64,000 bases of DNA from the human T2T-CHM13v2.0 reference genome, Homo sapiens, in NCBI RefSeq assembly GCF_009914755.1, contig NC_060929.1; one strand, 5' to 3'. A program made the position numbers and the translations under genes. Every line of letters starts with the position of its first letter. Position 1 is the first letter of the stretch. The notes beneath the pieces were generated by a model that was given only the letters and a program-made list of their open reading frames with translations, was not told where the DNA came from and searched no databases. Below, in pieces: positions 45,101 to 60,954 of the stretch.

Positions 45101-46366
45101 AGGGCTGTTGCCATGTGTGTGTGTTGGCGAGGGGGGTTACGTTTAAGCAGCCACCTGTGTGAGCTCACCTTCATCAGTAGGCAGCGTGACCATCCAGGCA
45201 GGTATGAGATAGCCACTCTGGCAAGGACGGCCTTCACAGAAGGGACTCGAGGTGGGGACTGAGGGGAGGGTCCCATAGGCCAGCTGCGGAATTAGGACAC
45301 CTGCCCCCACAGCTTACCCTGGCCAGGGTGTTGAAGGCTGCAGGTCATGATGTCTTGGTGCAGAAGGAGAAAAGGAGACCTGGGCTATGTGTTCTCTTTT
45401 GAAAAGATAGTAATCTTATGTTACATGGTTCTCCCACCTTCTTCAAACAAACACACAAACAGCTCATGTTTTTTCAACAAGGATGAATTGAGCAAGTTGG
45501 AGGTGGGAGGCCATGGGCTGGCCCTGGGGAGCCCTGGTGCCCAGGCCCTGCAGTTCCAGCGCCATGCAGCCTCTGGTCTCATGAAGACGACCTTGGCCTG
45601 TTAGCTGCCCCCCACCCCCGCAGGGACTTGGCTGGGAGGGCAGGTGCTAAAAGTGTCTGCCGTGTGGAGGCAGGAAGGCTGCTCAGAGGATGGGCTTTCC
45701 CGCTGAAAGCAGAGGGTGGGCTGCTGTCTGGGATGAGCCCAGCAGTTTGGAAGAGTGTGAGGGAGATGAATGGTCTCAGGGAGGAAGTCCGGTTGCTGTT
45801 CTGGAGCTGAGACAGAGCCCAGAGCCTTCTGTGTGAACAGGGAGAGAGCCAGGACAGAGCCCGGACAGAGCCCTCCCTTCTGCTCGGTGGGCAGGCATTG
45901 GCAGACACCCAGGGCTTCCTTGTAGGCATGCAGGCCGTTGGCTGCCAGCCCTGCCCTCTGCAGGCAGCACCTCTGGCTGGTGGCAGAGTTCATTCAGCCC
46001 CTGGGCACGTCCCCGGGTGTGTCTCTGGGCCAGATGGGGCTGCACAGTTCTGCATTAGCTTAGGAAGTTGGTTTTCAAGACATTGATGCTTCCTTTTGTC
46101 TGTAACAGTCATTTCTATTTTAATAGAAAATAAGATCTGTGAATTAGAATTTTTTCCTGGTCAATTGCACCCCATTCGAACCTTTCCTTTTCATTTTTCA
46201 TTATGGCAATTGTACATTCACCTAGTTCTCAGTTCAGATGGAGCACATACTTTTTGGAGAATTTCTGTCAAATATGCTAGAGTGTTGATTCTGCTGATGC
46301 CTGCTTTCAATGTGAGTGATGCCAGGAGTAACTGTTTTTCTCCCCACCTGGCTGTGGTGCTCCCAG

Positions 46367-46542
46367 TCCTTGAACACTGCGCTGAAGCACCTGTGCGAGA
46401 TCCTCACGGACGATCCGGAGGGCGGGCCCGCTCGCATCCCCTTCAAGACGTTTTCCTACGTTTACCGCTACTTGGCCAGATTAGACTCAGATGTGTCTCC
46501 CTTGGAGACGGAATCCTACCTTGCCTCTCTAAAGGAAAATAT
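46367..46542 (+). CDS. ROPN1L: ROPN1L coding exon 4
   Basis: ctcccag|TCC ... AT|gtaagt. Encodes SLNTALKHLCEILTDDPEGGPARIPFKTFSYVYRYLARLDSDVSPLETESYLASLKEN(I). Confidence 0.94.
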
Positions 46543-46611
46543 GTAAGTATGCACCCTCTCTAGGATTCAGGTATGTTGACCATGGGAGAATTTCCTGTTT
46601 CACTTCCCCCT

Positions 46612-47479
46612 TGTAGGGAAAAACTCAGTTTTTCCTTTGCTCTCTCACCACAACAATAATCAACACAGAAGACTGCTATGATCAAATGTGTGGAGGTTTT
46701 TCCTCACCAAAAAGCAAGCAAGTGGTCCTGCAGCAGACACCAGCTGTGCATTCTCATTCCGTCTCTACCCTGTCTACCTGGAGATAGCCTGAGATCCCAC
46801 AGGTTGAGGGTTCAGTCCCCAAGACTGCCCCCACCCTGCCCCATTTCTGATGCTAGTTGCAAGCCCCAGGTTATTTTGCCTGTGCTTCTGACCGACTGGC
46901 TCTAAATCAGGGTTCCCACAACCCCTCCTTGGGTCAATTAATTTGCTAGAATGGTTCACAGAACTCAGGGAAACACTCATGTTTACTATTTGATTACAAA
47001 GGATATTTTAAAGGCTACCAACAGTCAGAGGAAGACAGACAAAGGGCAAGGTCTGGAAGGGTCTGGAGCATGGGGGCTTTTGCCCCCATGGAGTTGAGGT
47101 ACATCCCCTCCCTGCCCGCAAATGAGCTCTTGTTCACCTTCCTGTTGGTCTCGATGTGTTTAGCTTCCGGGAAACTTTCTAAGCCCTGTCCTTTTAGGGT
47201 TTCTTTTTCCTGGAAGCTTTGTGATTGATTAAATCATTGGCCAATAGTGATCACCTAAGCCATCAGCCCCTCTCCCCACCTCCAAGGTTGGGCTGGGCTG
47301 AAAGTCCCACCCCTCTAATCCTGCCTTGGGCTCTCCAGTGACCAGCCCCATCCTGAAGCTACCTGGGCCATCAGCCAATCACAAGCATAAAGAAAGAACT
47401 CACTTTGGAGATTCCACAGATTTTACTTGTATGCCAGGAGCGGGGGTTGAAGACCAAATATATATTTCACAATATCACA
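46612..47479 (-). mobile_element. MER21-family ERV LTR
   Basis: TGTAGGG...caacacagaagact...ggtcaattaatttgctagaatggttcacagaactcagggaaaca...aatatcaca match recalled MER21 motifs. Confidence 0.7.
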
Positions 47480-47794
47480 TCCCTTGTCTGCAATAACTTT
47501 GTCCCAACGAATCCCGTGTTTGGCAGAAGGTTTAGGCACACCTGATAGTATTCAGGGTGTGTGTAAGTGGAGCCGCAGATCAAAGGCCATCAGCGAAAGC
47601 AAGCAGCACCTCAGAAGGGAGCCCGACCTCTCCCGTGGCTCCCACCCATGTGGGCTGAGGCTCAGGTTTTTTTAGACTTTAGAGGGAGAGAATGTATCTT
47701 GTCATTAAGACTCATTTATCCCAGATCTATCCTGATTCCTATGTACAGCATGTCAGGTGGTACTAAATTGTAGCATGTTAAAAAGTGAGATAGA

Positions 47795-48108
47795 GGCTGG
47801 GCACGGTGCCTCACGCCTGTAATCCCAGCACTTTGGGAGTCCGAGGCAGGTGGATCACTTGAGATCAGGAGTTCGAGACCAGCCTGGCCAATATGGCAAA
47901 ACTCCATCTCTACTAAAAAAATAACCAGGTGTGGTGGTGGGTGCCTGTAATCCCAGCTACTCAGGAGGCTGAGGCAAGAGAATCTCTTGAGCCCTGGGGG
48001 GGCAGAGGTTACAGTGACCCGAGATTGTGCCATTCCACTTCAGCCTGAGCAACAAGATCGAGACTCCGTCTCAAATAATAACAACAATAATAATAATAAT
48101 AATAATAA
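47795..48108 (+). mobile_element. Alu with (AAT)n tail
   Basis: Dimer with TSD TTAAAAAGTGAGATAGA. Confidence 0.92.
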
Positions 48109-50027
48109 CTTAAAAAGTGAGATAGAATTCATTTCTCCACAATGAAACGTAGACATGGATTACTGCTGGTGGACCTCCTGACAGTAGTGCCACGGATGCA
48201 GGATCATTTGCAGAAACTTGAGGATGTCATTGACATCAGCCACGCAATTCTCACTCTGATGAACTTGCTATATGACCCCGACACATTGCATGTTATGTTG
48301 TATTTGCACCAGGCTGCATGTGATGTAAGGCTGGTTCTGCTCTGAAGCATGACTTGGAGCTAACGTTGGAATATATTGTCCAGTGTTCTGATCACCTGTA
48401 ACGTTTTTAAACAAGATTAATGAATCCTCCCTTTAAAGACAAGATGCAGAGTAAAAAGGAACAAAGCTCTTGGGTCCTGCGGAAGTTCTCATTTGTTCAT
48501 TCCCTAAACCATCATTGGGTGCTGACTCTGCACCCTGCACTACCTATGGGGAGGCAGAGAGAGCAGCCCAGGGCTGGTGGGGTGGGCAGAGGTGGTGGTG
48601 ACAACCGCAGGGTCCGGGGAGCTGTGGTGCTGCAGAGTAAGCCTGGTTAACAGCAAGAAAGGGCCTTCTAGGTGCAAGGGCAGGAAAGGGCCCAGGTCCT
48701 CCAGGCTCCAGCCCCAAGGGAGATGGGGTCCCTGAGGTCTTCCCGGCACTTCCCCTTGGGACCACTGCCCCCCAAGTGCTGGTTATGGTTTGTCCCTGAG
48801 CCCCACACCTCTCATCTCGAATTGCCCACAGTACAGTTTATTGAGCACCTGCTCTGTGCCAGGCATTGGCGCAGGTGCCGGGGATGTAGTCAGTGAACAG
48901 GTCACGCCCTGACCCCTGGAGTTTTGCCCTGTGGAGCAGACAGACATCAGACAAGCAGATTTTAAGACAGTAGGTCATGTTCAGTGCCAAGAGGACAGTA
49001 AGCCAGGGATAGGGACCAATGGGGGCTGGTCCCAGGGCCGCCTTCTGGCACAGCACACACCCCTGCTCGCCTCAGCCTCCTGAGAAGCCCCCTGGCCTGT
49101 CATCACCACCCAGAGTCTTGTCCCCTCCTCCCACCCTTTCCAACCGGCCATGATGCCACCTAGGATGCAGGCCACAGCACCAGGAGCTGGCGCTCAAGTG
49201 ATCCGCCAGCCTCCGCCTCCCTTCCTGTGCCAGTGGAGCCTGCGTTCTGTGCCCTGCCCCACCTGTCCCAGCCGTCCTCGTCTCCTTGTCCCTTCCACAT
49301 CGTTTCCTCTCCTTCCTTCAAACTCACATCCCCTCTGCCCACCATGGGCTGAGCCTCTGGACTCCATGGTCCCTCTTTTTCCTCCTTCCTCTGTCATCCA
49401 CTGTCACTCCAACCCTCCTGTCCTCGTGGAAGACCGCAGCTCCCAAGCCATCCCTTCTGTCCGCCTTATTCTTGACACCATCCTGGCTGGTGTCTGCAGT
49501 CACATGGACGACACAGTACTTTGTCCCCAGCTCTCCTCCTGGTGCCCACAGCCTCTGCTTCTGCACCGCCATCCGGGTCATGCTGGGCCCCTTCTCCTGC
49601 CCGATCCGCGCACCTCTTCTCTTCTTTTGTGCTCTCTGATGCGGCTACTCCGCCTGACAGAGCCACCTGGGACATGGGTGGTTCCATCTCATTCCAAATC
49701 CATGTCCCAAGCCTCCAAAGAACTGGGACCCTGTGCAGCAGCCACTTCTCCCACCACTTTCCTGAGATCACAAGTCATCAAAAAAGAAAAACCTATGCAT
49801 ATAGCACCCATCTTTTCACCTAGAAATAAAGCTACATTTATTATACGTTTTGGTGCACTTTGCACAAGAAAATAGAATGCTTTATTTTTGGAAGTAAGAA
49901 TTACTGATGAGCAACCATAAATAGTTTTTAAAAGTAGACCTTTTAAATTATATCGCATTTTATAAAAATGTTACTAAGTATATGATGAGAAATTACCAAT
50001 AAATATCTTTATCTGTTTCCAATTTAG

Positions 50028-50127
50028 AGACGCCAGGAAGAACGGCATGATAGGTCTTTCAGATTTCTTCTTTCCAAAGAGGAAACTTTTAGAAAGCATT
50101 GAAAACTCTGAAGATGTAGGCCATTAA
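50028..50127 (+). CDS. ROPN1L: ROPN1L terminal coding exon; spliced protein totals 230 aa
   Basis: atttag|A GAC ... CAT TAA. Encodes (I)DARKNGMIGLSDFFFPKRKLLESIENSEDVGH*. Exon phases are consistent throughout. Confidence 0.93.
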
Positions 50128-50413
50128 TACAGAGAAGAATACATTTTAATGTCAAAATAGTGCTCTTTAAAATTCTGGCACCAAATACAACTTACCCTGA
50201 ATCACACACCTCTGTAGTGTGAGTGTTTCTCTAAATGGGAATTTAGTGTGACTGCTTCGTGGGGCCTGATTCATGATTGCTTTTCACTGTGTCTTTTAGG
50301 GACCTTAAGTGTAAGAAGTTGATAACAGTAAAATGATCTCTTTTAAGAAAATAATCTATTTGGAGACTGCAGAGTCAGAAGTGGGGCTGGGCAGTTTGAA
50401 AAGTGGCTTTTTG

Positions 50414-51031
<618 letters not shown>

Positions 51032-51941
51032 CAAAGTGGCTTTTCTTCTTCTTGACTCCAAGCTGGTGGAGGGGCTCGCCCTTTGCTCCCTGCCTACCCC
51101 TCCTAAGACTCCCTGGGAAGGGCATTGGCAGCTGAGGCTGCATCTTTTCTATGAAAGGTGGACCCCAGGGACCCTGCTGCCTGGCCTAGCGTCCGTGGCT
51201 GGGGGAAATGTACTGGACAGCAGCGTGATCCACTTGAATGGAAATAAGCATCCAAGATCCTTTATTTGCTTTCCTTTTATAAAGTTTTCGAAAAGGCCAA
51301 TACCAATGAATACATTTCAGGTTAGCTTCCAGGCCAGGGCTCAGGCCCTGGAGAAAACTCGTGCGAATGCCTGTCTGGGGGGCCCAAGGAGCGAGTGTGG
51401 GCCCCTCTAAAACTTAGAGGGACAGATTACATGACGACTTTGGGGACAGCTTGCTAAGTGTCCATTTGGCAGCATCTGGGATGAGACGTGCTTTCACTGT
51501 GACTATCTTGTTGGGAGGTGATGGGGAGGGGAAATGAAGCCCCTGCCTCCTCTAACCCTGGAGGCTGCCCACGTTTACCAAGAGAATCTCACCCAATGCT
51601 GACCAGCTCAGCGTGCAACACAGCATCACTGGGCTCAAGAAAAGACATTTGAAGACGAGTTTTGTAAGCCCGAGCATAGGTGAATATCACCGTAAATAAA
51701 CTCCAACGTGAAAATCTGAATGTATAAAGCATAAATCAGGAACAGCTTTTCACTCAATCAAAAAGGCATGTGGTGTTTCAGTAATAAAAAGCATGAAGTG
51801 TGGAGACGCGCGGCAGCATGGGTGTGATGAGGCCCGTCCCTGCTGGTGAACAAGTCCTGGCCTTTGTCCCTTGAAAAGGCTTTTGTCTCAAAAAGTGGGT
51901 TTTCTTGGGAATGACTTGGTCATAGAAGGAGAAATAGCATT

Positions 51942-52310
51942 CTGTATGAATCGGTGAGGGCTGCCAGAACGAAGCACCGGAGACCCAGTGCTTACGTAGC
52001 AGAAACACTTCCTCACTGTTTCGGAAGCAGAAGTCCAAGGTGAAGGTGTTGGCAGGGCTGGTTTCTCCGGAGGCCTCTCTCCGTGGCTTGTGGTTGCTGT
52101 CCTCCTCCTGGGTCCTCACATGGTCTTCCCTTGTGCCTCTCCGTGTCCTCGTTTCCTCTTCTTATTAGAACACTGGTAATATTGTTTTAGGGCCCATGCT
52201 AATGACCTCATGTTAACCTAATTACCTTTTAAAGATCCTGTCTCCAAATACAATCACAGTCTGAGTTGCTGGGGGTTCCGACTTCACCTTGTCAATTTTG
52301 TTGGTGGGGA
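51942..52310. mobile_element. MLT1 LTR
   Basis: gaagtccaaggtgaaggtgttggcagggctggtttctccggaggcctctctcc...taatgacctca...tctccaaatacaatcaca. Confidence 0.75.
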
Positions 52311-52509
52311 CTCAAGTTCCTCCGCGCCACATTACTTCTCCCAGCCCTCAGAATGGTTTTAGCCTGACTTGGCAAGTGAGGGCTCTGAAGTTCAAACAGA
52401 TTTTCCCATAGAAACATGCACTGGCTCTACAGGTATAAAAAGAAATGTAAATAGAAAAAAAAAAAAACCAGAAACAAAACAAAACAAAACACAAACTGGC
52501 CTTGTCTAG

Positions 52510-52982
52510 TTGACACAAAACCAAAAAGTATGTGAGACAGATCTCAATCAACTTCGAAGTTTATTTTGCCAAGGTTAAGGACGTGCCTGGAAGAACAAAA
52601 CCACGGGATCACAGAGGCAGTCTGTGGTCTGTGCCTTTCTCCAAGGGTGATTTCCAGGGCTTCACTGTTGAAAGGGGAGAAGCGGTCTGGAGGCGGGAGG
52701 GGAGGATGTGGTCATTACTGAATCCACAGGCTGCAAGGGAAAAGTTGCAGACAGGGAATCGTCAGTTATGTATCTTATGGTCTCGTGCTCAGTAAATCTG
52801 CGCTTCACCCAAGATAAGGTGAACCCAGAGCTGCTACCTGAGGAGATTTTAACTTTTTCTCTGTAGCTCTGTGCTGAGGAGCAAAAGGAAAGGCAGCTTC
52901 CTGCATGACTCAGCTTGCAGCTTCATTTGTTTTCCTTCTGGCAGAGTGAACTGGGGTCCCAAGTTTCTTTTTTCCTTTCATG
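52510..52982 (-). mobile_element. MER4-family ERV1 solo LTR
   Basis: gaagtttattttgccaaggttaaggac...ggggtcccaag...ttcctttca matches the reverse MER4 consensus. Confidence 0.7.
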
Positions 52983-54053
52983 ACACCGTCTGAACACCTG
53001 TGTCGTCTCAGAGTAGTGACCAAAATGCCAAGGCCTCATTCGGAGGATAAGCACTCATCTGCCCAGCCAGACCCAAGGTTTTCAGAACACTCCTTAGCGT
53101 GGACTCTGGGTCTGGAGCAGAGTGGAGGTGGGCACCCAGGTCCCGTCCCCTGAGTGCTGGGCCACTGGCCGGCTCAGCATGAGACTCAGACGCACAGCCC
53201 TTAGATCACCCACACATCGGAGTCTCCTGCTTAACGCTCTGTCCCTGTCCCTCCCCCAGCACAGTTGGGGGTCTTCGTCTGGTTCCTGGTCACTCTCGGC
53301 TCAGCTCCAGCCCCCAGGGGTTGTCCCTGCCTCACGGTTGACTGTCACCATTGGGGCTCCAAGTGCCCAGAGGCCGAGCTCCATCATGGGTGGAAGATGA
53401 GCTAATTTTGTAATTAACAAAACATAAAGGGGGATCACTCTCCATGCCATTTAGTGGGGGAGCTTTAAATATCTTGCTCTAACACCTGATTAATGTGCCA
53501 TGCTTCTGTGAGCAAAAAGTGGATTGTTTGTGCCTCATAAACCGGATTCCTAATCCCAGAATACTCAGGCAGAGGGCTTCCTCTCATCAAGGAAAACACG
53601 TTCCCTATTCTGTTGATTTTGACTCTTCTTGTTACAAGGCTGAATCATCTATGTTCCCCTTCATAGCCTGCAGTTATTTCTTGTTAAAATAGCCATAGGT
53701 AGTTGGGCTTTCAGTCAGATTGTTGCTTGTCTTTAGGGGGTAACTCAAATGGTTTATTTAATAACTACAAACTTTATTGCAAATATCATTAACTGGTCAA
53801 GATGTTGAATAAAATAAACTGTTCAGGTGGCTGGTGTGTTTGAAGAAAGTAGCTCTGGGAGGAGAACAGCAGAAACTCCCTTGCTGCAATGAACATGGGA
53901 GGAGGTGCCTGAGGACCCTAACGGGATTGATAGGGGCTCCAGTACAATAATGGGAGATTTGCTATCACGTGGAGAGGAGGCCACATCTGGATTTAGCACC
54001 TCAAGAGTCAAAGACAATTTTTCCAATTGAAGTCACTTTAAAAATAAACTTTG

Positions 54054-54680
<627 letters not shown>

Positions 54681-56297
54681 GTTCCTGGCATTCATACGGT
54701 GTGACTTTGAAAAACACCTGCTTTTCCTTAATTGCAGTGTGGGGAGGGGGGTGGTGGGAAGCAGAATTGAAAAAGCTACAAGATGCAGATGAGTGGACAG
54801 TGGTTTTATCTTATGACTTAAAGAATGCTCTGTCCCATTGAAATATGTGTCTTAAGTCTTTGTCCAGGCAGCAACGAGTGGCTTATTTGGTTTCAAGCTA
54901 ACTTTATTTGTTGGCTTCTGTATTTTTCATCTCTAAAGAAAGTGGAGTATATTTCTTCTGTTGGTTTATGAGGTATAGGAAAAGAATGAAAGCAGGGATG
55001 ACTCCAGAAATACGTGCTTACCCAGCATGGTGGAGTTCTGAGGTGGCTGGGCAGGGCCAATGATTTGCTTTTGAAATGATTGTGCTAAGAATCACACATT
55101 GAATTTACGATTAGTTGTTATTTCTTGGCAATCACTAACATACTTGTGAATTCTCATTGTGTGAGAGAATCTAACTTACAAATCGTTTTCAAATGTAGTG
55201 AGATTTTTATGTATACTAAATTTAGCAATTAATGAGGAATGAACACAGAAATTAATCATTTATTGAGTCTGATTTTGCTATTTCCGTAATTTGCAGCCAA
55301 TAATTTTTTTCAAGTCTTAAACATTCTCAGAGGTCGATGAAACCCTTGTCAGCCTGCGGCTTTGTGCCTTAGCATCTCAAGAATGAAATGTGTTCAGGTC
55401 CCCCGTCCTCCAAGGAAAATCCCAACTCTATTATGTTGCTTTGTACAATTGGTTTTTCCTGGTTATTGAAGGGGATCCCCACCAGGACCCCATGAAGTGG
55501 ACAGAAGTAGGATTAACCCCCTTTAGAGGGGACTGGCCTAGAACTAAGATGCCAGGGGCAGCCAGGTCCTCCTTCTGCCCAGGGTCCAGGCCCACCCACC
55601 TGGCCTCACACTCCTGTCCCTCTCAACTCTTCCATCCAACAGCATTCCCCGTATCTGTCCCATTTCCCCGTTCTGGCTTTTGGTAAGGCCAGAAGCCCCC
55701 ACAGGTGAAAGAAACTGGATAGGTGGGGTTGGGTTGATGTCCACTGTTTCCTGGAACCTTCATGCTTTCCCCGAGGTTGGAGCAGGGATCCCACGCTTTC
55801 CTGTGCTGAGTTGGAGCCAGTTGGCCTGGGATATGGAATGGCTTTCTGGGCACATGTCCCACCTCAAACCCCAGTCCCATTCTTGAATCTCACGTAAAGT
55901 ATTAGCAGGGCGTGATCAGGAGAGCCACACAGCATCCATGAAGTGCCCTGGCCGTGGGGCCTCGGGGCCGGAAGGACATTTGGGTTGGGATAATATTCGG
56001 GCTTAGGTGAAAATGCATTTACCCAGCACCTGCTAAGGGCTGGCCCCCCTGCCACGTACGGGTTTTGCAGCTAATTAAGTTCTCATCCCAGTGGCAGGGA
56101 AGGCTGCTGTCATTACCCCTGTGTTATGGAGGCACACTTCCTTGTCCAAAGTCCCCCGGGTGGAAAGGCAGGGACTGTTACTGGGTCCTGGCAGTCCGAC
56201 TCCAGAGCCTTGGAGCCCAACTCCAAAGGAAAGGTGAAGAGTAAAGTGGCTCTTGGGGAGGGGACAGTGATGAGTGGGAGAATTTGTTCCTTGATTC

Positions 56298-56612
<315 letters not shown>

Positions 56613-57357
56613 TCCGTCCTTGATTTTCAATTGGGGAAGTGTGTAGGTGGGGCGGCCTGTTAGGAATACTGGAACAGGGTTTTCGAAGAAGGTTTCAAGG
56701 AGACTGCTTACTAAGATATGGGGAGGGCTGAGGGGAGCCCACAAGGGAGGGTGCAGGCCCCTGGGCTGGCTGCGGTGGGGTTTTATGTCCCGCAGCCTGA
56801 AAGTGCAGGAGAAGCTGTTGCGGGGATCCACAGAGATGGCAGGGCTGAGGAGAGGGCTCTTGGTGAGAGCTGTGGCTTTAGTACAGGGGTAGCCACCCCC
56901 CACATCCCCCCAGGGAGGTGACTGGGGGATAAATACCCTCCTTCCATTTGTCTTCCATCCTGGGATCTTCCACCAGGGTCTTGTCCTGGCTGAGCACAAC
57001 CAGAATCTGGAGAGAAGAAAGCCTCATGATACACAGGTCAGCTATGCTGGGCTCAGAGCATGGAAGAGCCAGGAGAGGCTAAAGGAATGTGCTAGACAAA
57101 GAAGTTTGAAATATCCAGCACACGGCCATTCGATGAAGACATGGTGGGGTCCAGCACACGGCCATTCGACCATTTGGGTGAAGATGCGATGGGGGAGACT
57201 CATACCTCCACATATTCATATGCATGCTCACAGTGCATACGTTGTTTCTGGAATGATACACAGAAAAAACTGGTAGAAACCTCCAAGGAGGAGAAGTTGG
57301 GAGGAAGGCTGCCTGTGTCTCATTGTATAACTTTTTTCTACCATTTGATTTTCACTT

Positions 57358-57462
57358 GTGCATTTATTATGTATTAAGTCCACCCATCAACCGTGCATTT
57401 ATTATGTATTAAGTCCACCCATCAACCATGCATTTATTATGTATTAAGTCCACCCATCAACC
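57358..57462. repeat. 35-bp tandem repeat, 3 copies
   Basis: RTGCATTTATTATGTATTAAGTCCACCCATCAACC at 57358, 57393 and 57428. Confidence 0.95.
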
Positions 57463-58322
57463 AATCATGAAAAAGAATTGGTGTCTGAGTTCTTTGGGCT
57501 TGGAGTGTAGCCAACAGGGAATGCTTGTGATCTAGGCTGGGCCCATCACAGTGCTCCCCTCCTGGCCAAAGTGATTTGCCCAAGAGAGTTGGCACATGAC
57601 CTGCACTTGACGGATGAGAGCCTTCTCTGGGTTTTTCGGCTTGGTGCTGGGAGAGAGAGGCCCTTTTCTTCTTCCTTTGATTAAAAAGCTTATTAGGATA
57701 TGGGTCTAGAGTTGTAGGTGCTAGTAGTCACTAACATACGTGACACTGTTATGTTGAAACATGTTAGCTACTGATAATCTCAAATTTTCATCCCCCAAAC
57801 AGCAATTTCATCTAGCTCAACCCCATACGTGCCAGGCCTCAAGGAGAGTGGATTATACAGGGCGTGTTCACCAGGAGGGTGGGGATTTGGGGGCCATCTT
57901 AGAATTCAGCCTGTTTTCCACACGCTAACTCATTTACTCTTCATAACCATGTTATCAAGTGGAAATTATTGTTATTAACCTCATAGCCGTTATAGATAGG
58001 TGAAGAGAAAGAGAGATTAATTAAGTTCCTAGTCCAACACCACACAGTGGTCCTGCTTGCCCTGCTCTCCCAGTCTGCTGTGAGCCCAGCATGGAGCCTG
58101 TCTACACTAACGGGGTGAGGAGGAGAGGAAGGCAGAGTGCCAGGGTTCCCAGGGGCTAGGATCATGGTTCTTCTCCTCTCTAAGGCCAGCACCACCTCAG
58201 CTCAGCTCTCAATTTAGTTAGACCCAGCAGGCAAGTCCCCCTCCAGGCTTACACAATATCAGGGTGAATACCTGGCCTTTGCAATTGATTTGACCTGACT
58301 TTGAAATCAGCCTTTTCCCTGG

Positions 58323-58790
58323 TTGTAGTCAGTTGAATAGTGAGTGACTCCCAGAAAGATATGTCCATGTCTCAACTCTGGAACTTACAAATGTGGCCTT
58401 GTTTGGAAAAAGGGTCTTTGTAGATGTCGTTAATTTAAGGATCACAAGATGTGAGCATCCTGGATTTAGGGTGGACCCTAAATCCAATAACTGGTGCCCT
58501 TAAAAGAGAAAGGCAGAGGGGAGTTTGAGACACCAATGCAGGGGAGAACACCATGTGAAGACAGAGACAGAGATTGGAGGAATGCTGCCATCACTAAGGA
58601 GTGCTTGGAGCCACCAGAAGTTGGAGGAAGCAAGGAAGGATTCCCTCCTAAAAGCTTCAGAGGGAGCAGGGTCCTGCCGATACCTTGATTTTGGACTTAC
58701 GGTCCCCAGAACTGTGAGACAAGAAATTGTTGCTGTTTGAAGCCACCAAGTTTGTGGTAATGTGTTTCAACAACCCTAGGAAATGAGCAC
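58323..58790. mobile_element. MLT1 LTR
   Basis: tgtagtcagttgaatag...ggaaaaagggtctttgtagatg...ctgtgagacaagaaattgttgctgtttgaagccacc. Confidence 0.78.
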
Positions 58791-59024
58791 ACTTATTACC
58801 TCTTTTCTTGCAAACCAAGTCCAAAGGGGACACCAGAAATGGGACAGAGCCCTGAAGCAAGACCTGGGTTTGGTTTTCTTTTGATTCCGAAAATAACAGC
58901 CCTTTAAGGAATCAAGAGGTTGGGGAGAGGTTGAGGCTGAAGAAAGTTGAAGAACTGAAAGAATCTTGGCTCATTTGGAGGATAAGAGAGAGTTCTAGAA
59001 TGGAGAGAAGATAGACCTGCTCTA

Positions 59025-59935
<911 letters not shown>

Positions 59936-60954
59936 CAGTTTCTGACCAAAGTTCCTCCCAAATTGTAACTGAATAGGAGCGGCTGAGCTTGAGCCTTGAT
60001 TTTGTGCTTTTTTGCTGATTTGGTGGTTTTTTATGACCAAGTATTAAAAATGGGTGTATATTTTAAAGTCATGTTTTGAGACAAATCACACAGTTAAAAA
60101 AACAAGTTTAAAAGTCTCTAAAGAAAATAGAGAACAGATGGGCAAAAGTTGATCAGTGGTTAAACATAAATGTGTTCCAGATGGGAATGGAAATTGCTTG
60201 CTTATTATTGTTGGTGTGGCCAGCAGCTCCCTTCAGAAGCCTCTCAGGTGGCTTTGTAGCAGAAAACCTCCAGAAAGACATCTTTCCAGGGACGCCTTTC
60301 CCTGGTGCCATCTAGATGGCAGACTTCTAGCAAGTTCCGCTAGCAGGGCACCACAGCCACTTCTCTGCAGTTCTACAAGCCACAGTCACACCCTCTTCAA
60401 CAAGACCTGGATCTCAGCTCAGGGCAAGGGGATTTCTCTGGGTGTACCATTCCAGTCCTTGGGGTAATGGCTGTTATTCATATCTGCTATTCATATATTC
60501 TGTAAAATTATCTTTACTTCTTGCCAGCCAGTTCCTCGTACCCCGACCCTATTGTCCTTACTGATTATTTATATAAAACTTTCCCTGTTCAAATCACTCT
60601 GTGGTTTCTCTCTCCTGATTGGACCCAGACTGATGCACTGTTCCCAGCAGCAAGTAGCACTATGTGCCAAGCACCAGGTGATAATTTCAGAGAGCTGAAG
60701 TGACATAGGCCTGTCTCCAAAGAGTAAACATAATGCCCACTTCAACACTTGAGAAAAGAAGGGAGAAGTATAAAATAAAATATAAAAATAAATAAAAAAT
60801 AATGCCCAAGTTAAGCAGACAGAGCATGGGGCAACAGGGTAAGAGACTGGGTTCCAGACCTGATTCTGCAACTAAGTATGGGATTTGGGGAGGATTGTCC
60901 CATCGCTCTGTTTCCTCTTCTGTAAACTACAGAAAGTAATGGACTCAGAGGCTT

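Noticed and set aside
49150-49875. 241-aa ORF in ROPN1L intron 4
   Set aside because: C/T-rich low-complexity translation that looks like a decayed L2 remnant, with no recognisable domain.
60306-60321. Perfect 16-bp palindrome TGCCATCTAGATGGCA (CTCF-like on both strands)
   Set aside because: About one such palindrome is expected by chance in 64 kb (64000/4^8), and it has two mismatches to the CTCF core.
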